DNA of 64,000 nt from Candidatus Heimdallarchaeota archaeon (GTDB lineage: Archaea; Asgardarchaeota; Heimdallarchaeia; JABLTI01): positions 1 to 64,000 of the forward strand of contig DXJV01000019.1 in the NCBI GenBank assembly GCA_019056785.1. The letters are read 5' to 3'. Shown here one piece after another: positions 40,284 through 48,761 of the stretch. Each line of letters begins with the position of its first letter. Position 1 is the stretch's first letter. Under the pieces are notes generated by a model. The model did not search any database. It was not told the DNA's origin and saw only the letters and a list, made by a program, of their open reading frames with translations. The position numbers were made by a program, and so were the translations under genes.

Positions 40284-41384
40284 TTAACTCTTTTTGGGAT
40301 TTAATTGTTTAAAGCTAACAATACCAGCTATTAAGCCCATAACAGGAGCTACTAAGAACTTTCCTAAGATGAAAACAATCCAAAGTATTCCAAGGCTTCC
40401 CAGCTGTTGCCCAGATAAAGTTTCACCAAAGGTTAACATTATCAATAAGACAAGGGTAAAACCCGAAGACACAATGTAATTACCGATGCCAAACGAATTT
40501 GCTGAACCCTTACCTTTTATGTAACCTTCTTCAAATAATACAAACGCTGTGTTGAATAGAGCAATTGCTAATGCGATGGAACCCAGATTAATAAGGAGTA
40601 AATCTCTGCCGTAGAAAGCTACAGCCCATTGCACAAAATCTAAACCAGTGGTAGGACCAAAGAGACCAATATTTATAACAGAATTGATTCGTGGAAAGAT
40701 CCCTAAGCCGATCCAAGCAATCCAAAAGCTGGCTGCAATGTAACTTTGTACCTTTCGTTTCACTGTAGGAGCAATTAAAATCAATCCAACAGCTGCAAGT
40801 ATAGCTGCAACGAAGTCCAAATAGTATAAAATGGAATAGATCTTTAAAATGTTTCTTGAAATCTCCGGGCTAGAGACACTTTGTGGGATTGTCACAAGGA
40901 AAGCAATATATAACACAAGTATAGCAACATTCTGAATAAATAATGTCAAGAATGCAAAGCGAATGAAGTTTACCAATGGAGTGGAATGTGTGGGAGCAAT
41001 TTCTTCAGTGACCTTTGATTTGTAGTCTTCATCCTCGCCTTCATCGGAATCGCCTTTGTCTTCCTCTGTTAGCGATGCCATGTTCTTCTTAAACCGATTC
41101 ATAATTATTGGCTGTACAATGAAAATTATAGGGACAAGCACCACTACAACAAGGTTAATGTAAAACCAAACCTTCGGTTGAGCCGTTTGGTTGAATTCAG
41201 TCCAATTGAAGCTAATCTCTTGAATGACAGGCATTCTGGGATGAGAGCCAATATCTTTCTGGCGAGATTGTTTGGAAACAATCTTAGGAACAGAAATCGA
41301 TTGACTGAGAATGGTTACTTGACAAACAAACATTGTAGCCAAGAAAGTTAGTATTATTAGAGATAGTAGTTTTTTTCTCTCCAT
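40284..41384 (-). CDS. Hypothetical multi-pass membrane protein
   Basis: About 8 hydrophobic segments and an acidic loop EEDKGDSDEGEDED. ATG 41384 follows GGTG. Confidence 0.75.
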   Translation of the reverse strand: MERKKLLSLIILTFLATMFVCQVTILSQSISVPKIVSKQSRQKDIGSHPRMPVIQEISFNWTEFNQTAQPKVWFYINLVVVVLVPIIFIVQPIIMNRFKKNMASLTEEDKGDSDEGEDEDYKSKVTEEIAPTHSTPLVNFIRFAFLTLFIQNVAILVLYIAFLVTIPQSVSSPEISRNILKIYSILYYLDFVAAILAAVGLILIAPTVKRKVQSYIAASFWIAWIGLGIFPRINSVINIGLFGPTTGLDFVQWAVAFYGRDLLLINLGSIALAIALFNTAFVLFEEGYIKGKGSANSFGIGNYIVSSGFTLVLLIMLTFGETLSGQQLGSLGILWIVFILGKFLVAPVMGLIAGIVSFKQLNPKKS

Positions 41385-41488
41385 TGAGAATAACACCAAC
41401 CTTATTACCCCTTTTTCTCTAATAACCTTTACGCCCAAAATAAGGAAAGGAGAAGCTTTGCTTTAAAAGTGGAAAAAAAAGGGAGAAA

Positions 41489-41641
41489 TGGTGCGAGGGG
41501 CGCGATTCGAACGCACGAACCCCTGCGGGAAAGGATTTCCCATCCTTAATTCAACGGTCTTTGTGCCCTATTGTACTCAGTTACCAGCACAAAGGCTGGA
41601 GATCTTGAGTCCTTCGCCGTTGACCACTTGGCTACCCTCGC
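41489..41641 (-). tRNA. tRNA-Leu(CAA) with 67-nt intron (41537-41603) at position 37/38, CCA encoded
   Basis: GCGAGGG/CCCTCGC acceptor; AAGGA-CTCAAG|intron|A-TCCTT; BHB with CTCA/TGGG helix and AGA/AAA bulges. Confidence 0.93.
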
Positions 41642-41665
41642 ACAGCTGCTGAAAGGGAAGGGGAC

Positions 41666-43096
41666 TCACTGCAAGCCGAGGAATCCCCGGACGGCAGGGC
41701 TAATCTCTGCCATTCGTTCCTTCGCTATTATTTCTGAATATTGTTTTATAATACCAATAGTTAAGAGGATACCGGTTCCCGTTCCCAACGCTCCCAGAAA
41801 GTCTGCAAAGCCCGCCAATATTGCTACGAAAAAGCCTCCCAAGAGTGCAGCGATAGGGATATAACGCTCTAAGTACTTCTCCAGAACTTTCGGATTGCGT
41901 CTGAAACCAGGGATTTGCATATCTGCATCTAAGAGTTGTTTTGCGACATCACGTGGGCCCATTCCGGCTGTCTCGAGCCAGATGGCTGAAAAGATCATAC
42001 AAGCTATAATCAAGATAATTATGTAGATTACTGCTCGGAGTGGGTCGTTCACAACTTGCGATATTCCGCGCGGCGCCGTTGTAAAATAAACCAAGCCGCC
42101 TGTGGGAACTGCTTGATCACCACTAAAGTCCCATTTACCAATAAGCTCAACGATGGGATTGCTAGCAATTTTCTTCGAAAGAATTTGTGAAATGAAATAA
42201 ACGTTGGCAAAAAGCGCAGATGCCAGAATTACAGGAATATTTGATGTATAAAGAAACTTGATGGGATACCTGGCAGGAACCTTGTACTTAGCATGCGATA
42301 TTGGAATCTCGATCCGCATCGATTCAACATAGATGACCATCGCAAAGACAATTATTGTTGCCAGGAAGGCAATTATATCCGGGTTGTCAGGACGATAAAC
42401 TACATTAATGAACTTCTCGCCATGTGTTAACCCATAGAAGAAAGCGATTACAGCACCATAATATCTTCCAGCGGGATTGCGAATGCCTTCTGTAAATCCA
42501 AATAAACCATTAAGAATGGTAAAGGAAACACCTGCAGCAATAAAGAGCGAGATTCCTGAACCCAAGCCATACCCCTTTTGAATCAATTCATCCATTAGCA
42601 TAATAACTAAGCCAGAAGCCAGAAGTTGGAGAAAGATGAGTGTACCAGTTAAGATAGAAATGTTTTCACCATAAGCACCGCCAAAAAGATAAGCGCCTGC
42701 CTCGAAGAGGATCATTAAAACACTCAAGACTTTTTGGGCGCCAGTGTAAAGAGCACGCTCTTCAGGATTATTGAAATCAACTTTTATGATTTGGCTACCA
42801 ACTAACAATTGCATGATTAAACCGGCGGTAACGATTGGACCAATACCCAATTCACCCAGTGTTCCTCTTTGAGAGGCGAGGATGGCTCGCATGGCAAAGA
42901 AGGGGTCAGACCCTCCAGTGGCTTTTTCAACACCATAGAGAGGAACATTGACTAAAATGAAATAAACGACTAAGCAAACAATTGTCCAGATTGATTTCTC
43001 TTTGAAGGAGACAGTTCGATCCGGCTTTTTCACCTCAAAGGTGATACGAGTGAAAGGTTTGAATATTTGCAGGAATCTACTTGTCATTGAATTCAC
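41666..43096 (-). CDS. secY: Preprotein translocase SecY/Sec61alpha
   Basis: GTLGELGIGPIVTAGLIMQLL, GLGSGISLFIA, YPIKFLYTSNIP, IPGFR, GTGTGILL. Confidence 0.98.
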   Translation of the reverse strand: MNSMTSRFLQIFKPFTRITFEVKKPDRTVSFKEKSIWTIVCLVVYFILVNVPLYGVEKATGGSDPFFAMRAILASQRGTLGELGIGPIVTAGLIMQLLVGSQIIKVDFNNPEERALYTGAQKVLSVLMILFEAGAYLFGGAYGENISILTGTLIFLQLLASGLVIMLMDELIQKGYGLGSGISLFIAAGVSFTILNGLFGFTEGIRNPAGRYYGAVIAFFYGLTHGEKFINVVYRPDNPDIIAFLATIIVFAMVIYVESMRIEIPISHAKYKVPARYPIKFLYTSNIPVILASALFANVYFISQILSKKIASNPIVELIGKWDFSGDQAVPTGGLVYFTTAPRGISQVVNDPLRAVIYIIILIIACMIFSAIWLETAGMGPRDVAKQLLDADMQIPGFRRNPKVLEKYLERYIPIAALLGGFFVAILAGFADFLGALGTGTGILLTIGIIKQYSEIIAKERMAEISPAVRGFLGLQ

Positions 43097-43352
43097 GCCT
43101 TTGTTTAATATGCATTAGAGCTGTCATACTTAATTTTTTTTGTTTTAATTAGCGAAAGCTTCTTTCTTTTTTAGCCTTTCGGAGAGTTTGATAGAGTGGC
43201 ATTTTATAAAAGTATCTTTATATTTAATGAGTAAACTAAGAGTTTATTAAGCCGAGAAAAACTGCAAAGAATGAAAGCATTTATAAAAGTCTACCTCGCA
43301 ATTTTCGAATAATGCTTCTTAAGAAGAAAAAACTAAAAAAAGAAGCACAGTG

Positions 43353-43377
43353 AGTTAAAACCAGCTGGGTTTTAACT
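43353..43377. promoter_or_regulatory. Perfect 10-bp inverted repeat AGTTAAAACC-N5-GGTTTTAACT
   Basis: Seen directly, 43 nt upstream of the coiled-coil gene in the divergent secY spacer. Confidence 0.5.
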
Positions 43378-43420
43378 AAGACTAAGAATTTCCCCAGAAT
43401 GAACAGAAAGGCGAACTACT

Positions 43421-44302
43421 GTGATATCTGAAGTTGATCAACTTGTTGTAAAAATAACAGAATTAGAAAAACAAGCAAATGAGCTCCGAAAAAAAAGAGA
43501 TAAATTAAATGCAGAAGCTCGAGAAAAAGCTGATAGAAGAGATGAATTGAACAAAAAGATGGCTGAATTAATCGCTAAGGTAAAAGAACATCAAAAAGCT
43601 CGCGATGAAGACAACAAGAAAGTGCAAGAATTCAAAGTAAAACGTGAAGAGGTTCGTAAGAAACTCGCCGAAGCAAAAAAAGAGGTTGATCAAATAAAAG
43701 AAGAGGAAGAACTTGAGCCTTTACCTAAGATACCCGTTCCTGAGAAAGTTTTACGCCGGCAACTTAAACAACTCGAGTGGAAAATTCAAACAGATATTCT
43801 CCCCACAGAAGAAGAGCGAAAACTCGTTGCGGAAATTGCCAAGCTTCAAGAACAACTCGAGGAAGTAGAAGCCATTAAGGCAATGCGACAAGAGCGGAAT
43901 GCAAGATTTAGTACTTATGAAGGGTTAAAGGCGGAAATGAATCACTATCATAAAGCAGTAATTCGCACAGCAAAATCCTCCCAAAGACACCACCATGAAA
44001 TGACAAAGCTCTTTTCCGAAATTGATGAAATCAGGAAAGAAGCGGACCAGTGTCACAAAGATTTTATTGAAACTAAAAAACTCGCAGATGAAACACACAA
44101 GAAATTCATAGAAGTAATCAAAGAAAAAGAAAAATACTACAAAGAGCTTCAAAATATCAAACAAAAAGCGAGAGTAGAGCATTTCAGAGAAGTCAAAGAA
44201 ACCATCGAAGCACGTGCTGCAAAAGCACTTGAAAAATACAAAGAAGGAAAGAAACTCACTCTGGAAGAATTTAGTATGCTTGTTGAAAGAGGGCTGGTGT
44301 AA
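43421..44302 (+). CDS. Conserved archaeal coiled-coil protein (COG1340-like)
   Basis: KRDKLN..RDELN, LEWKIQT..EERKLV, SQRHH, KEADQCH, KYKEGKKLTLEE. Confidence 0.82.
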   Translation: MISEVDQLVVKITELEKQANELRKKRDKLNAEAREKADRRDELNKKMAELIAKVKEHQKARDEDNKKVQEFKVKREEVRKKLAEAKKEVDQIKEEEELEPLPKIPVPEKVLRRQLKQLEWKIQTDILPTEEERKLVAEIAKLQEQLEEVEAIKAMRQERNARFSTYEGLKAEMNHYHKAVIRTAKSSQRHHHEMTKLFSEIDEIRKEADQCHKDFIETKKLADETHKKFIEVIKEKEKYYKELQNIKQKARVEHFREVKETIEARAAKALEKYKEGKKLTLEEFSMLVERGLV

Positions 44303-44338
44303 AAAGAGCCCCAAACTCAATTGAGAACGATTATTTTT

Positions 44339-45025
44339 TCACTTCTCAGGCTGCAAAAGCAAACAAAAGAGTAGCCCTTTGAAGTATGTTTGTGCTGCAT
44401 GCAATTTAAAACCAAATTTTTTGAACAATTGTTTATGATCTAACATCATAAAGAAAGCAGCGGATTCATTTTCAAATAGCCGAAGCGCATAATAGCGGAG
44501 ATTAAGAGAAGAGAAGGATTTTGGAGGAAGCTGGAAATCAAAAACGAGAAAATAGCCCATGGTTTTTAAAACCCTCTTAACTTCATGGAGGACTAGAGAT
44601 AATAGGGTCGTAGGGATTTCGTGAAGAGCGAGGAACGAAGTGACAATATCAAAAGAATTGTCTGAAAAGGGAAGCCGCGAAACGTCCCCACAAACGAATT
44701 TTAAATTAGAAAAATTTTGGAAATGCTTTTTGGCGTAGAAAATCATCTTCGGGTCTATATCTACCCCTACCACCGTTCCACGAGGGAAAAGAGAGGCAAG
44801 TGTTTGTGTTTGTTTACCATTTGCGCAACAAATATCCAAAACCTTTTCTTCTCCTGTAGAAGGGAGGAACTGTTGAAGAACTTTTTTTCGAAACCGAGAC
44901 TCTCTTGCACCCCCAAATAGATAGAGAAAACCAGTAAAGAAGCTATAAAGATGAGCTTTCAAAGAGAAATCGCCATTCTTTTGAGAAGATGAATGTTGCG
45001 AAGTAAGAGGAGGCGTTTTAGTCAT
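44339..45025 (-). CDS. Class I SAM-dependent methyltransferase (UbiE-like)
   Basis: VLDICCANG, GVDI, GDVSRLPFSDNSFD, LALHE, RVLK. Confidence 0.88.
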   Translation of the reverse strand: MTKTPPLTSQHSSSQKNGDFSLKAHLYSFFTGFLYLFGGARESRFRKKVLQQFLPSTGEEKVLDICCANGKQTQTLASLFPRGTVVGVDIDPKMIFYAKKHFQNFSNLKFVCGDVSRLPFSDNSFDIVTSFLALHEIPTTLLSLVLHEVKRVLKTMGYFLVFDFQLPPKSFSSLNLRYYALRLFENESAAFFMMLDHKQLFKKFGFKLHAAQTYFKGLLFCLLLQPEK

Positions 45026-45112
45026 TTTTCCTCGGAACTATTATATGTGCTCGTGCTTTTAAATGTACATCCAAAAAAAGGCGAATAATGACTGTTATTT
45101 GGTGAAGAATGA

Positions 45113-45616
45113 ATGGCCGCCATAAAAGAAAAGATTGTAAACGTTTCATCAGTAGCACTCGAAACCAAACGCCCCATTCTTGTCAGTGCATGCCTTTTGG
45201 GAATTAATTGTAAATACAACGGCCAAAATAATAGAAAAGAAGCAGTTATTAATTTAGCAAAAAGTCAATTAGTGATTCCTGTCTGCCCAGAAGTGCTGGG
45301 AGGGTTGCCCACACCAAGAGCACCACAAAGTATTGCTGGAGGAACCGGAGCAGATGTCCTCGACAAAAAAGCAACGGTGCTAACAAATGAAGATGTGGAT
45401 GTAACAGAAAACTTTCTGCGGGGAGCAGAAGAAACGCTAAAGATCGCAGAAATTAATAACTGCTCACAAGCTATCTTTAAAGAACGAAGCCCTTCTTGTG
45501 GCGTCCATTTTATTCATTCGTTTGATAAAAATGGCAAATTGATTCCAGGAGAGGGAGTGACAACTGCACTCTTGAAAAGAAAGGGAATAAAAGTCATTTC
45601 TGATGAAGAGTTGTAA
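45113..45616 (+). CDS. DUF523 / 2-thiouracil desulfidase (TudS) family Fe-S protein
   Basis: VSACLLGINCKYNG, VCPEVLGGLPTPR, KERSPSCG, GEGVT. Confidence 0.9.
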   Translation: MAAIKEKIVNVSSVALETKRPILVSACLLGINCKYNGQNNRKEAVINLAKSQLVIPVCPEVLGGLPTPRAPQSIAGGTGADVLDKKATVLTNEDVDVTENFLRGAEETLKIAEINNCSQAIFKERSPSCGVHFIHSFDKNGKLIPGEGVTTALLKRKGIKVISDEEL

Positions 45617-45642
45617 AAGCAGTAGAAAGAATAATGTGAAAA

Positions 45643-46389
45643 TCACACCTGAAAATCTCTTTTAACAAGAGAGATGAATGTTTGGAGGTTCCCCCGAAAA
45701 GTCGGTTGGAGCTTACTAAAACGTTCAAGCTCTGGAGAAACAAAAAGGCTGTCTTTTTGAGGGTTCTCTGAGCAGTGAAAGGTTGGCATGCCAATTTTAA
45801 TGGGACCAACAATATCTGTTAAAAACTCATTTCCAACCATAATACAATTTTCTGCTTTGCGTTTGATCTTTTTGAGAATTTCCAAATAATATTCTTCCCG
45901 GGGCTTACAAAAATACATATTTTCAGCATGCGTAACCAATTTGAACTCAAAATCCGACAGGCCACTCCAATCCATGCGCTTTTTAATCGCAATCTCCGGA
46001 AAAATGGGAGTTGTTGCCAATACAATCTCTAAACCCTTATCGAGACAGAGTTGTACTGCTTCACGCCCGAATTCTGCCGGTTGAACATACACAGAGAGTT
46101 CATTATAATCATTAGAATAAAACTCGAGAAAATCAGCGTAGAGTTTTTTTGGTTTTCGTTTATAGTATTTGGCCATTTCTTGCATGAATGTTTTTATATT
46201 ACGCTCTCGCGGAAGGCGACTAAACATCACCTTCTTTGTGATTTCCGTCAAAGTTTCATAAAAGTACTGAACATCTAGTTCACTAAAGTACTTGTTGTGA
46301 AGCATTTTGAAGTATTTGCTACTAAAAGCAAGCTCATCAATGGTGTTCAAAGTTGAGTCCATGTCAAAAAGAACCGTGGTGATTTCCAT
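45643..46389 (-). CDS. HAD-superfamily hydrolase
   Basis: VLFDMDSTL motif I, LAT, KP, MVGNE..D. Likely ATG 46389. Confidence 0.85.
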   Translation of the reverse strand: MEITTVLFDMDSTLNTIDELAFSSKYFKMLHNKYFSELDVQYFYETLTEITKKVMFSRLPRERNIKTFMQEMAKYYKRKPKKLYADFLEFYSNDYNELSVYVQPAEFGREAVQLCLDKGLEIVLATTPIFPEIAIKKRMDWSGLSDFEFKLVTHAENMYFCKPREEYYLEILKKIKRKAENCIMVGNEFLTDIVGPIKIGMPTFHCSENPQKDSLFVSPELERFSKLQPTFRGNLQTFISLVKRDFQV

Positions 46390-46563
46390 AGCTAGTACCA
46401 AACTCCATAAACACATAACTACAGCCATTTCTATTGATAAGCTTTTCTTTTAAAAAGTGAATTCTTAAAAGAAAGCTTTTCTTTCAAAAAACATTTACGA
46501 AGCAAGAATTTATATGTCAAAATCTGAAATCGATTAGTAGTAATTACTAAAGAATAAAAATCG

Positions 46564-47388
46564 GTGAGCTTTTTGAAAGATCAAATTGAAACACAAAACG
46601 AACGGCCAAAAGATGCCTTTTCCTTAGACTTTGTAGGGATAACGAATTTCAAAACACTCTTGGTGATAAGAAGAAATGGCAAAACCTTTCATTTAACCCC
46701 TGTGATCGAAGCAACAATAAACCTTCCGGCAGAGAGAAAAGGAGCGCACATGTCAAGAATAAGCGAATCTGTAGTGGAAATCATCAACGATGAACGAAAC
46801 GCACATAATTCTGTAGAAGAATTGTCTCTGCAAGTGTTGCAAAAATTACGAGAAAAACATCATTACACAAAAGCTCACCTCAAAGTAAATTTCGATTTTT
46901 TTTATGAGACAAAAACACCAAAAAGCCAGAAGAAAACCTTTGAAGTTGTGAATGTGACTGTTGATACGTGGGTCGCCGAAAAAGAAGAGAACAAATTCAA
47001 AATCACTATTGAATACATTGGTAACACAGTCTGCCCCCATGCGATGGAAAACAGTCCGAAAAAAAGAACACATATGCAACGTGCAATTGGAAGCTTAGCG
47101 GCAACCGGAACATTAGAAGAAATGCCCACATTCGAAGAAATGGTCGCTGTACTTAAGAAATCCTTCCCCGCAGAAACCTATTCTATTTTAAAAACAAATG
47201 ACGAACAAGCCGTTATTGACAAAATGTTTGAAAAACCGATGTTTGTCGAGGATGTCTGTAGAAGTATTCTTGCTAAGGCAGAAGAAACATTCAAAGACAA
47301 ACATCTAAAACTCGAGGCAGTGGCAAGAAGCTTAGAAAGCATCCACAAACATGATGTCATTGCGAAAGGGCATTTAACCATTAATTAA
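46564..47388 (+). CDS. GTP cyclohydrolase FolE2/MptA family
   Basis: VGI, KGAHMSR, TVCP, THMQR, LKTNDE, PMFVEDVCR, ESIHKHD. Confidence 0.9.
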   Translation: MSFLKDQIETQNERPKDAFSLDFVGITNFKTLLVIRRNGKTFHLTPVIEATINLPAERKGAHMSRISESVVEIINDERNAHNSVEELSLQVLQKLREKHHYTKAHLKVNFDFFYETKTPKSQKKTFEVVNVTVDTWVAEKEENKFKITIEYIGNTVCPHAMENSPKKRTHMQRAIGSLAATGTLEEMPTFEEMVAVLKKSFPAETYSILKTNDEQAVIDKMFEKPMFVEDVCRSILAKAEETFKDKHLKLEAVARSLESIHKHDVIAKGHLTIN

Positions 47389-47398
47389 GAAAGCGATT

Positions 47399-48409
47399 TC
47401 AAATCTCATCAAACCATTGACATTTCCGATTAAGCTCACAGCGTACCTTTCCATCTTTTGGTGGATATAGCAAAGAGAAATACCAAGAAAGATTGCCAAC
47501 TTGCCAAACGCCATCTTTGTTGGGGCCAATCTCGAGTTTGAGCACAATGCCGTATTTATGATAGATTTTCCAAGCCACACCATAGCTAAAGTTGCCAAGT
47601 GAATACGCGACCAACTTTTTCCCTTTGGAGGTATCAACAGCTGTTACGGGCTGTGGTGTGTGGGAATGATGCCCGATAATAGCATCCCATTGCTCAAGGA
47701 GTTTTTGAGCAACCTTAATCTGAGAAGGATGGGGATAGAGATATAGTTCATAACCCCAATGCGGATAGAGAAAATTGAATGCTGCAGAAGGATAAAAGGC
47801 CTCATTGAGTTGTTTAAAAGAAGCAATAAATTCACACGGTTGATTGCTCCAACTAGATGCAGTAGCGATATTGATTTTATCCTCGAGTAAAATGTTCGGA
47901 ACGTCGCGCCGGCCCATTACTTGAAAGCCATGCTTTTGCAAGATGTGATGGCTCTTTTTGTAAGCATTCCACCCGAAATCATTGGAATGATTGTTAGCAT
48001 ATGATAAAACAATCTGCTCTGGCGGGAGTATTGTTTTCAAAGTTGCGAGTATCCGTTGGCCATGCACTTGTTCAGCAATGACTTCATGCTTTCTATGGGT
48101 AATAATCCCTTCAAAATTACCAACTAAATAATCAATCCCTTGGAAAAAATGTCTGAGAGCCGGTCCAAGAATCAACTCGCGGGAACACATTTTCATTATG
48201 TCACCAACAAAACCAAAAGTATACTTTGGAGTGATTTTATTTAAGGTGACTTTATGAGGGAGGAACTTTACAAGACCTTTATAACGCTTTGTTGGGCCAG
48301 TCACATAATGACTGAGAAAATCGACTTTTTCAAGGAGGCTGTAGGTCTGATAAAACCGTCGCCGATTAGTTTCATAGGCCCAATCAGGATCAGATGCTTC
48401 AAATTCCAT
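47399..48409 (-). CDS. CapA/PGA_cap-family metallophosphoesterase
   Basis: FVGDIM, GNFEG, ANNHSNDFG, HWGYE, IIGHHSHTPQ, YSLGNF. Confidence 0.88.
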   Translation of the reverse strand: MEFEASDPDWAYETNRRRFYQTYSLLEKVDFLSHYVTGPTKRYKGLVKFLPHKVTLNKITPKYTFGFVGDIMKMCSRELILGPALRHFFQGIDYLVGNFEGIITHRKHEVIAEQVHGQRILATLKTILPPEQIVLSYANNHSNDFGWNAYKKSHHILQKHGFQVMGRRDVPNILLEDKINIATASSWSNQPCEFIASFKQLNEAFYPSAAFNFLYPHWGYELYLYPHPSQIKVAQKLLEQWDAIIGHHSHTPQPVTAVDTSKGKKLVAYSLGNFSYGVAWKIYHKYGIVLKLEIGPNKDGVWQVGNLSWYFSLLYPPKDGKVRCELNRKCQWFDEI

Positions 48410-48761
48410 AGTGCATCACAAAGTAAGAACCTAAAGTGAGAGGAAGGTTATTTACCACTAATAGACAATCAAAGCTATTTTAGTACTTTTCGGTAGCATG
48501 GCTTGATTCCAAAAAGTCAATGCAGCTGTTTGTAATAGCTGCTGTCAATGGTTATTCTGAATGATTAAGTGGTTTAGAGCCAGATCAACTAGTAATTTTA
48601 ATACAAACGAGCACAAGCTCTCTTCACCTTCTTTATTCCCCCAAAAACAGCTCTTATAATTATGAATGCTTCAAGACCTTTTCAAACTCAAAAAAAGAAT
48701 GAAGTAAAAAAAGGAGAAATAAAAAGGGGAGAATAATTGCCAGAAGTTGGAAGTGTGAAAA

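Noticed and set aside
34291-41641. Genomic island between tRNA genes (GH3, folP, cupin, GNAT)
   Set aside because: No integrase, no duplicated tRNA 3' end seen and no evident compositional break; trmY is a core gene.
41571-41864. Short ORFs overlapping tRNA genes (also 34240-34428 and 38058-38255)
   Set aside because: They overlap well-formed tRNAs or secY and have no protein motifs.
46439-46484. AAGCTTTTCTTT direct/inverted repeat in the HAD-folE2 spacer
   Set aside because: Low-complexity AT-rich sequence with imperfect arms; not distinguishable from chance by eye.
48410-48761. 352-nt intergenic gap as a hidden gene or ncRNA
   Set aside because: Only very short ORFs and one weak hairpin (GCAGCTGTT/AATAGCTGC); no recognisable motif.
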